The notes under the pieces were generated by a model. It had not been told where the DNA came from. It saw only the letters and a list, made by a program, of their open reading frames with translations, and did not search any database. The translations under genes were made by a program, and so were the position numbers. 64,000 bases of DNA from Harriotta raleighana (Eukaryota), in NCBI GenBank assembly GCA_050575255.1, contig JBNZDD010013687.1, forward strand, positions 2,587,227-2,651,226. Reading direction: 5' to 3'. Each line of letters opens with the position of its first letter. Within the stretch, counting starts at the first letter, position 1. Below are positions 25,998-35,937 of this stretch, piece by piece.

Positions 25998-26175
25998 AGT
26001 CTTTGGGACGCTGCTGTGCGCAGTTTGGCGGCCGCGTTTTCGCCCACAAATATACAGTCAATGTTTCCTACTTTCCTCCCTCCGACCCCCCCACCAGCTT
26101 CCTCTGATCCCGACTTGACTGTACAGCGCCTTGGGACGTCCTCCCGACGTGAAAGGCACTATATAAATGTCATTT
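25998..26175 (+). mobile_element. SINE body fragment followed by L2-type tail
   Basis: gggacgctgctgtgcgcagtttggcggccgcgttttcgcccacaaatatacagtcaat, then agcgccttgggacgtcctcccgacgtgaaaggcactatataaatg. Confidence 0.85.
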
Positions 26176-27124
26176 GGAATGATTTTCATTGATATTGATC
26201 CTGTATGCCATGGGGATGTCCCAGCCCAATATTTTCTGCACTTTTAATATTAATAATATTAATTATTATCCCAATATTAATGCAATTTACCACAATTTAA
26301 AAATAACACTAAAACGCTGGGTGGGTGAATCATGATAGCACAAGATGAGCATATATCCATTTGATCCATCTGAGTTCAAGTCCGGTGTTTTACTTGAAGG
26401 AGTATGATACTCTGATGCATTTGCCAACCTGCCTCTCCCACTCGTTTCACTGTTCAGGAGACGATCAACATTAACTGTTGATTTCATTAGTGAGTTGTAT
26501 GGATTTCCTTCCATACTAACCGGATCAAATGATGTTCATCCTCCTTCATTCATTCTTGGGCAAACTTTTTTTTGTGGGGGGTTGGGGCGTGGGGATGGCG
26601 GGGGAATAAACAGATGGGATAATATCTGGATCCTTGGTTTACTTGATGCTTGAGTTTAAAGGGAAATAAGTTCGTTTTGACCATTCGGGTTAGCCACACC
26701 TGTGATATAAAAGGGAATATCACAACCCCCTGGAAATGTTTATTTTCAATTATTTACCAGTCAGCGCTAAGTCTTTCTGGGTTACTGAAGGCGAAAGAAG
26801 TTGTATTGACATATTCTGTGCTTAGTTGCAGCTTTCCCGCTGATTTTGGAAACGATTTATTTTCCGTGGGCTTTAATGAACAATTTTCACGCTGTGGTTG
26901 CTAAGAAATGAACTGGCTCATCACATATTTCAATGCGACTGTTTAAATATTTGGTTTCATATGCACCGTCTACTTTTGCAGATTGTAAATATTTATGAAA
27001 CATCAAAGTAATGTTATTACATATTAGCGGGATTGTGTGTTTATCTCATGTACAATACATTAAACTGAAGTCGCGAATCAGTCAAAAAGAAAGCCTGTTT
27101 CTGAGAGGTAATTGCTGCGCGGTT

Positions 27125-27138
27125 CCACTAGGTGGCGG
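27125..27138 (+). promoter_or_regulatory. Candidate CTCF site
   Basis: CCACTAGGTGGCGG fully matches the core consensus CCASYAGRKGGCRS; preceded by ctgcgcggtt. Confidence 0.6.
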
Positions 27139-30100
27139 TGTCTGCATTGCTTGGGAACAGGTCTGTTACATTGAGGGATGCTATCACAAACTGTACCAGG
27201 GAACCTGAACCCCCCACCTCTCCACTCCCACCCTCAAATTGTCTTTGTTTTCGCCTGCGAAGATTCAGCTGTTCCTCTGAAAGCAAACGATGTTTCCCTC
27301 CACGTTTAAGAACTTGCACAACGTTTGGCAATGATTTTTTTGCTTAACGCCATCAATCACCAGTAAATCAAAAACCAGCTTTTTTTAAAAAAACTAAAGA
27401 AAAAGTGTGTTTATTTAAGAAAGCGTGGTTTAAACATCTATTTGCTAATCGTGGAATTGAGAATAGTTACCCAGTGACAGGGTGGCAGATTATAAGTGCA
27501 ATAGTTCTTTTTTTCTGGTAAACATGCATATCAGTTTTTCTTTTAAAAAAATAGAGATATAAATCTGTGCTATTGTTAAAACCTTTCGTAGTTCTAATAA
27601 TTGCAGATGATTTTAGTTTATTGTACAAGCAGATCTTTATTTTCCGGGACTCGATTCACGGCTCACCAGAATCTACTTGGGGGTGGGGAGGGTGGGGGGG
27701 GGGGGGGGGTGGGGGGAGGGTGTGAGAGAAGAAGAAAAGTCCGTATCCCAATTAGCAATAATGGATATAAACCCTGTTTTGCTTCAAATTTGATAAATTA
27801 TATAAGATTAGCTATTGTGCAGTTCGAGGCGATGGAAGTGAAGGGATGGATTATTTTAGAACAACGATAGAGCGGCAATTATGTGTTAGTTTTCAGAGCT
27901 TTGTTTATGTTGTGTACCTTGAGCACCGACTGCAACAAGAGCATGTCGAGACAAGCACCTCATTTGGATTATTTGCTGAGAGAGAACCGCTATAGTTAGA
28001 TGTATCACAAAGCGGTGTCACTGTCATTCTGACATTCGCTCTGCTGCAGATGTGACCCGATTTTAATATTTATAATGATTCATATTCCCGTTATGTAAAT
28101 CGCATCAACACGTAAGGAGAAAAGCGAGTGTGAATAATTATCAAAATCGACTGGAAATAAAATATTGTTTATCACGCGGTTAATACCAAACGTGGGGCTT
28201 TTACGTTTGTGTGTGTGTGTGTGTGTGTATGTGTGTTTAAATCGTCTTGTTCATTGTTTCTTAAGTGATAGGTTTTTACAGACGTGGTTACCATCTCTGG
28301 TGCAGTGGCTAAATCAGAACAGATATGGCAAATGGGAATTTGTTCATAAAAACGGGTTTATTTATTCATCTTAATTTCCAAAGATATTTGCTAAATACTA
28401 ACCGAGACGAGGGAGAGAGCGAGAGACTGGAACTGCGAGCTGGTCATTGAAATTTATTGTAACCGTATTACATTTGAAGGATTTCTGAAGGGGATATGCT
28501 GTAATCGTGTGCGAGATTTACAAGGCGTTGTAGAAACCAAATGCATATTACATATATATATGTGTGTATTTTCCAAACGTAAAACTGTTGCCCTGAATGC
28601 AGTTGAAATAGTACTGTTTGCTTCGATACCGTCACACACAAAAAAAAACTGTCTGTGTATAGTCCAGGTGGCCTCGATATAGAGTTCAAATGCTTACAAC
28701 CCTGCACTGGGTAGGTTACTAAAATAATGTTACATATGATTGAGAAATGCATGAAGTGATATTAATATTAAATTTAAGTGATATTAAATTCAACGAAATA
28801 TTAATGATTCACACATATTTTTGCTGAAACGTTCACTTCTGTCTTCTATTTGGTGTTAATTTCCATCGGAGCACAATTAATTGGTACATTCGTGCTTTAT
28901 GGGTTTATTCGCATAAGTCGTCATTTTCATTTGAAACCTGAGAGAACCATGAACAAAAATAAAAACACAATTAACCGATACATTTTTTTTTGCCGAATTT
29001 CAATTCGACACCGGTAACGTTGCTTTTTATTCGAACCACATCTCCCATATGATGTGAAATGTGAGTTAAAAATCTTTATCTGCTTTAAATGCGATGTGTA
29101 ACATCATCCGAGTTTGATAGTCAATATTTGAAGCCAATCATAATGTTAGCGCAGAGCTTCCAATAAATAAACACACCCGTTCCAACCGGCAGCCTATAGA
29201 CTTTACTGTCTGACAGACAAAATATTGCAAATTACAAGGTAGCGTTTATTCAAAACACCTTCACTCCTGATCTCCAATTGGGAACACACATTAACGGAGA
29301 ACAACATGGATGCAATAAATATATTTGTAAAATGATTATGCATTCAAATCCATCATTTGCAATATCATGGCTGGATTGTATTTATTTATATTGACGTAAG
29401 TTTTTCAATTTTCAATCAAGCTATTCCCGTCGTATATTAAAAAACATAAACACATGATATAGAGACGTGCTTGAGGGAATCGTCGGATCTGTTATCAATT
29501 CATCTTTAATAACGCCTCCGGTTGCAGACTAATCACCTGTACGCTTACTACCGATCAAAATAATTTTCTTGTGACATTAATGTGACACTGAAGATGTGAG
29601 CACCGAACATTGCAGATTTTCCTGCCCGATGCAAATAACTTCTTATTAATGATTTTTAAAAATAAATAAATAAATAAATTTGTTCCCACCGGATGATCAA
29701 TCTCTAGAAGAAATATTCCAAATATTTAAGGGCAGAAGTAAAATGAATATATATTTTTTAAAAAGGCCATTCGTTCCATTCAGCCATCATTTAACTAATT
29801 TCAAAGAAATGTTCGAAGAAAGTAAACCGAAAATCATTCGCTGTTTTCCAATAATATCATGCGTTATTTCTATTTCAAAAATGTTTTTTGTTTGTGTTTG
29901 AAATAGGATTCTTTTCTACAAAAATAAAGGAAACTTGTCCTATTTATTCCCGAGGGGATTTTTTTCCCCTCAAAAATATATAGCCACTAATTATTCTGAA
30001 TGTTTTTGCAACAATTTTTTTAAAAAAAGGAATAAACATTTTTATCAATCATATTCCGTGGTATATTTACATCAAATTCTCCTTTTTTTTATCAAGAGAG

Positions 30101-31471
30101 GTAGTGTCAAAGGAAGCGTCTCGATGTTTCGGGTGGTTTGGTATCTCAAGCAAAATAAATAAAAAGCCCTTTGCTAATGATAAAATTATTAAGCAAAACG
30201 ATTTTTAAATGTCTCTGACTATTATTATTTATGTTTGAAGCCATCAAATAGATTCGGCAGTTTTACAACGATGTTTCCCGGGGTTTTTTTTTGCATCGGT
30301 TTTATATGAATCGACTGTCGGATCACCTTTTTATCCCCTCAGTGTCTGGCCCTTCAGCAATGCAGTTGTCTGATACCGTATACTAGATGCCACTTAGATT
30401 TTCTCAACACCTACGCAGTCAATTATTCAGTCAGTTGAAATGCGTTTACAAGTATTTGAGGTTGTAGTCTCAATACACCAAGTGAACTCAGCGGCTTCGC
30501 GGTCGTCACGGCTTAAAAAGAGGTGTTTGCTTGTGTTTTAAAATCTCATTTACATCCTTCCCCCAAGACATGGACGTTTTAAAAGCTTGCACTTTTTTTG
30601 TTATTGGAATAAAAGTAGGCAATAGATTGTATGAATAAAATATCGCAAAATAGCAATATATTGTCTGCAAATGTTTCAGTTTGGCGTGTGCTTCATTTAG
30701 TCTCAATAGACAACACATATATAATCCTACTCACCACAATCCAGTGATGTTTCTTCTGTCTGAGTCGTTCAATTTTTACTGTGTGTTACATTTTCCAATT
30801 TTTTTTTGCAAATCAATGTAATGATGCGTCAGTTACAATTATACGAGTTAACATGACACAAGGCGTTGGATTGGAAGCGAATAAGCAGGCCATTCTGGGT
30901 TTGTGTGAGTTTTTTTTCTCTCTCTCTCTCTGCAGTTTTCAGAATTTTCCCAGTGACACAATGTTATGATGGAAAGATGCTGTAAATGACAGCGCTAGTA
31001 AACGCTCGTCTTAATCATCGGGTTCTTAATTTAGTTTGGTGCTGGTCTTTGTGCTGAGGAGCCGCTGACAACCTACAGGGAGTTAATGAGTGACGAGGCA
31101 AGGCTGGTGTAGTAAAGTAACACTTTCCTGGTGCGAAGACCACTAACTGGGAAGTTTAGTTCACTACTGTTCTCGCAAACCTAATAATATAACCTGTAAC
31201 AAAAAAAAACACTTAAGGAAAATACCACACGTTAAATACAGAAACTTTCAATCACTAATTATTAGCACCTACAGTCAGTTAGTCGAGTGGGGTGTTTAAT
31301 TTAGTTACTCAGAAGAGAATTCAATTATTGGTTCGTTCAAACGTAAATACTGTATAATGCACGTTTAGATCACTTACGGACGAGGGAGTCATAAAATATA
31401 CATTTGATGTCTGTCCAATCATATCTGGGGTGTGTGTTTTTTTGGTCAAAGTTCGTAACAAATGAATGACC

Positions 31472-31609
31472 CGCTTTTGTAACATGAGAAAATTTGGCAT
31501 TTACTCGAGATGCAACGCACAAGTTAGATGCTGTGTGTCGCGCTTTTGTAACATGAGAAAATTTGGCATTTACTCGAGATGCAACGCACAAGTTAGATGC
31601 TGTGTGTCG
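31472..31609. repeat. Perfect 69-bp tandem duplication
   Basis: cgcttttgtaacatgag..gatgctgtgtgtcg at 31472-31540 and 31541-31609, with no N between copies. Confidence 0.95.
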
Positions 31610-33552
31610 GAAATTTAGCTCGTTGACTTATTCAAAGGTAAATGTTATCATTCGTCTTGAAATAATGTCTCAAATGCTATTTTAATCGAGGACCATATTA
31701 GGTAGCTGTATTACTCACTCAATGCAAAGATTAAATACGCCAGTCGACTATTTACGACTTTCAAATTCTCTGATTTTATTTGCATCATGTGTGTAATTCC
31801 GATAAAAGATTTGAAAAAAAAGCTAGCAGGACACAGACTGTACATTTATTTATCCAATTTTATTTAATCACATTTATAAATCCGTTATATAACGCTGCAT
31901 GAATTAATTATAATGATGAGGATTCGACATTTCTTTCAGGAAAAACTGCAAATGATTACAAACTACATTTTAAAGTAAATCACCCAGATAGATGAAGATA
32001 TATTTATGTCAAATAGACTATAGATTGGTGTACAGTCCAGGGTTCTCCATGGTTTCAAGAAAAATCAATAATCTGGAATTCAATTCAATATAAATGTTTT
32101 TCTTCTCATTGCGGTTCGGATGAACATCTGCAGAGGAGACAAAGAAACACATATTTAGAAATTGTGTTCCCATAACTGCAAATATTGCTAAATACACTGA
32201 GAAACGTGTCACAACCATTAACATGTATATAAATATACACACAAAGAGTAATACAATGAGCCAAATGGTCCTTTGTGGGGCTATCTGGAAAGTGAAAGAA
32301 AGCTCTTGTTTTAACCCATGCCCACATCCATCACATAACTATTACTGTATTTTTTAAACTTTTTTTTTCCATTTCAGTTCTCTGGTCGGTGTGTTAAATG
32401 AATGGATTCTAGTCATTATATAAACATTTCGGATAAGCGTTTTATTCATTAAAAATGTAACACCCAGTCCTTAAACGTTGAGTACCTGCATCGCTGCGCT
32501 CACATTTGCTGAGTCCATCTTCAATGTATAGTTTTTGGGTGGTGGGGGAGGGGGGGGGGCAATCTTTTTTTAAAATATGAAATAATGTCAAACAAGCACA
32601 ATTAAAAGATTGCAGTGATACAGAACTAGCGCGGTTTGCGTCTTTCTTTCAGACACTGTTCCAAAATCAGTGTGGAATACACATTTGTAAACGTTTTCTA
32701 AATTGTTATACAAAAATGTTGATTTAAGTACTGCTAAATCACAGCAACAACAGAGGTTCAATGCAAACAACAGCTGTGTCTATCTTTTTAAAAACAATCC
32801 CAATGACGATTTGCGCATATGAGCATGCACTCAGCTAATCTCGCTTTTTCTTCGTGTTAATCAACACTTTCCTTCCTGCATATCAGTATACAAGCACCAT
32901 AGTTACTCCACACCAGTAAATGTTTATGTAACCTGTCCTCTCCCAGGAATCCGGTTACGCCAAATCATTTCATGCAAGAGTGGGTAAGAAAACGAGTGGG
33001 CCATGCTGTCCTTCAGATTTATATGGAAAAAAGTAAGAGAAAGGTTAGCTAATTCTATATTAAAATATGCGTGCGCGCGCAGAGAGGCGGATACACAGCC
33101 CCCAAAACAATTTACGACCTTGTACAGATTTCATTGGTGACCTTTTGGCCTCAGATATGTTGCTGTATTAAAATGGAGAACTCCAGTAGCTTATTCAAAT
33201 GCAATAGCGCGTAGCCACATCAAAGGATTCAAACGTGCAATTTATTTTGCAATATCTAGGTCGCTTTTCACAAATGGCTGAAAATCCAACAGACTAGGGC
33301 TTTTCACTGGAGGCCCTAACCCCCCCCACCACTCCGAAACACAGCTATTAATAATCAGATTTACGCAACACATCGTTTAACACGCTTCTCAATAAGTTCC
33401 ACATAACATCTACGCTATCTAGAAGAAGCCTGTATATTACATTAGCCCAACCGCTGTGACACCATTTAAAATCTAAATGTTTTTTCTTCCATATGTTCAT
33501 ATTGTGTACTTGCTGTGATAATAATAATAATATCGGTAAGGATTATCGAGTC

Positions 33553-33584
<32 letters not shown>

Positions 33585-33585
33585 G
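33553..33585. repeat. Compound (TG)n(AG)n microsatellite
   Basis: tgtgtgtgtgtgagagagagagagagagagagg. Confidence 0.85.
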
Positions 33586-34146
33586 GACAGAGCCACGCGA
33601 GCGTGAGAATCTGTATTTTACTCCCGATATATTCAATTTCAAATGAAAGCATATTTAAAGTAGATATCGTATCGTGAAATTGTGACTGTAACAGGCCGCA
33701 GACTGTCGCTTCAGCATTGCAGTGTGCGCTGGTGTTGGTTTGGTGGGTTTAATGCTGATGTCTGGGGATCTTAAACAGTGTCACCTCCTTAAACATTTGC
33801 ACCAAAAACGGCCTTTCGACTTGTACTGATCCCGCCAAAGTGAAGGGGGAAAAAATCATGACCTCAACAAAAATGGGTGCACACAAAGGCGGTTTATATT
33901 CCCACCCAACCCCCTCCCCACCACCATCACCCCCTCAAGTCTAAAGCGATTACTGTATTACGCTAACAATGTATTAAATGATGAGAATCACAAGGCGATC
34001 CATATATAACATGCCGATCAAATGCGTTTGAGATTATCTGCAGAGATATAATATCTTCCTTCCGTTATTTTCCCACGGTTCATAGTGAATAAATCTTTAA
34101 AGGGAGAAAGATACTATACAATCGGGATGGAGACCCCTGTTGAACA

Positions 34147-34297
34147 AACACTATTTGTTGTCGTTTTTCTTTCTTATAAATAAACCCAGGAGAGAGGGGA
34201 TGATTTGTAACCAGCATCAGANAACACTATTTGTTGTCGTTTTTCTTTCTTATAAATAAACCCAGGAGAGAGAGGATGATTTGTAACCAGCATCAGA
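34147..34297. repeat. 75-bp duplication around a single N (likely two haplotypes)
   Basis: 34147-34221 and 34223-34297 are identical except gagaggggatg vs gagagaggatg; N at 34222. Confidence 0.9.
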
Positions 34298-34572
34298 ATT
34301 CCTCCCCACGTAATTATTATTCGTTTCTCTCTCTCTCTCTCTCTGGATGTCCTTCTCAACCGCATCCGATTATTTTGGCGAAAGGCTGCATTCTCAGTAA
34401 CACGACTGAGTGTGTGTGTGAGTGAGTGTGTGTGTGACAAAAAATCAGAAATATATCCATGAATTATTGACATCATGCAACATCCGCCATTAAGGTGTCA
34501 ATGTGACTGGCAATGAATGGAAAGAATAAGGTTACAATTTCTGCCGGATTACGGCCAATGTGAGGAGGAGGC

Positions 34573-34703
34573 GGCCTGGCTCTTTGCCTTGCCTTTGCCT
34601 GTCTCTCTCTCTCTCTCTCTGCCTTGCCCTGGCTTTTACCTCGCTTGCTCTTGCCTGGCTCTTGCCTTTCACCCTTGCCTGGCCTGGCTCTTGCCTTGCC
34701 CTT
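34573..34703. repeat. Degenerate pyrimidine-rich TTGCC/GCCTGG minisatellite with a (CT)n core
   Basis: gcctggctctttgccttgcctttgcctgtctctct..gccttgccctggc..cttgcctggctcttgccttt..cttgcctggcctggctcttgccttgcccttg. Confidence 0.8.
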
Positions 34704-35419
34704 GTATTTCAAGCACCTTATGCCTTTTCCTTTACAAACACGGGATGAGAAAGTGCCCCTGAAACCATCACACTTGCCTTCGGTCCTTTTGGCCCCACCA
34801 CCACCCGATCGCCGCTCTTATGTGCAGAGATGGCTCCCCCGCCACAGCACAACTTACAGCACAAAGTAGAACAAGCCTCCAAATTGTGCTACACCCAATT
34901 GGATTGACTTTTGTTTGTGGGGGGAAAGAGGGGAGGAGGGAGGAGGAGAAGGGAAGAAGGTATTCTGGAACTCCAGCAATATTATAATGTTGAAAAATCG
35001 ACCCCCAAAAAACTGTAGGTAGGGGAGGGGAGGTGTGGGGGGAGGGTGTGTGTGTGTGTGAGAGGGATTGGGGGTGGGGGGGATAGTTTAAAACCATCTT
35101 GAAGAATGGAGGATGTTTATTATGGGAAAGGATGAGAGCAGCCTCGGAGGTATAAAGTAGTTCCTCCCTACTCCCTCCCCCCCCCCCCACTCCCCGTTCC
35201 CACCGACTCTCGCTACGGATTTGCGCGAAACTAACTTTGCAACCACAACAGGAACATCTCGACCGGGAGGGGTTGGGGGACGGGAGGGGGGGAGGCGAGC
35301 ACAACGTCGCTACCTTGCTGGTGTGAATGGTATTTGTTTTAGGTGAGAACATGGGTGGGTGGGAGGGGAAGGAAAGGGAGGAGATGAGGGAGCGAGGTAC
35401 AGTGAGGGAGGGAAGGGAG

Positions 35420-35700
35420 GCCAGGCCGGGCCGGGGGCTGACTGACTGAGTGAGTGATGCGGTGGCTTCACAGTCCCGGGCCTCTGAGGATGGGATTGCT
35501 CCGCGTGATTGCGCTGAGGGGCGGGGGAGGGGGGGCGGGGTAGGGGGGGGCGGGGCGGGGCTGACTGAGTGACTGATTGATTGATAAGCCGATGGGCGGG
35601 ACGGAGGGCTGAGGCGAGGCGCTGATTGGCTGCGGTCTGGCCGGACGCACGGGCACGCGCGGCGCTCTGATTGGCTGCCTGGTGAAAAGGTTAGAGTGAG
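35420..35700 (+). promoter_or_regulatory. FoxG1 proximal promoter (GC-rich, CpG-island type)
   Basis: Several GGGGCGGGG GC boxes at 35517-35560; TGATTGATTGAT at 35574-35585; two inverted CCAAT boxes in the context CTGATTGGCTG (ATTGG at 35625 and 35670); 240-500 bp upstream of the ATG. Confidence 0.75.
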
Positions 35701-35787
35701 GGTTTGAGCCGAGCCCCGAGCGTCCGCCTTAACTTCACAGCGACTGAGAGCACAGAGCTGGCCGCCGCTCGACCTGCTGTTGAGAAC

Positions 35788-35796
35788 ATGAAGTAG
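35788..35796 (+). other. Minimal upstream ORF (MK*)
   Basis: ATG AAG TAG in the presumed 5'UTR; TSS not known. Confidence 0.4.
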
Positions 35797-35866
35797 TCTC
35801 TCAATCTCTCTCAATCTCTCTCTCTTTTTCTACATACACACACACACACAACACAGACACACACAC

Positions 35867-35881
35867 ATGCAAACTACATGA
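35867..35881 (+). other. Upstream ORF (MQTT*) whose stop overlaps the next uATG (ATGA)
   Basis: ATG CAA ACT ACA TGA; the stop at 35879-35881 overlaps the ATG at 35878. Confidence 0.45.
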
Positions 35882-35937
35882 GTTGCCAGCGATTGCAATC
35901 CAACTGTGCTGCTGCAGTTTCTTTCACCCGTGTGTGA
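35878..35937 (+). other. 19-codon upstream ORF whose TGA overlaps the FoxG1 ATG (TGATG)
   Basis: ATG AGT TGC CAG..CGT GTG TGA = [19 protein letters not shown]; stop 35935-35937 shares its A with the main ATG. Confidence 0.55.

Noticed and set aside
31472-31609. CRISPR-like array
   Set aside because: Two adjacent copies with no spacers, in eukaryotic DNA, with no cas genes.
34473-34869. Repetitive ORFs (KARARPG.., LALA..)
   Set aside because: Translations of the TTGCC/CT minisatellite.
34768-35814. 348-aa minus-strand ORF over the promoter
   Set aside because: Non-ATG start, low-complexity Pro/Ser content from G-rich promoter DNA, and no recognisable domain. An antisense lncRNA remains possible.
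35883-35936. 18-aa N-terminal extension of FoxG1 in the ORF track
   Set aside because: Starts at TTG (prokaryotic start rule); vertebrate FoxG1 begins MLDMG at 35937.
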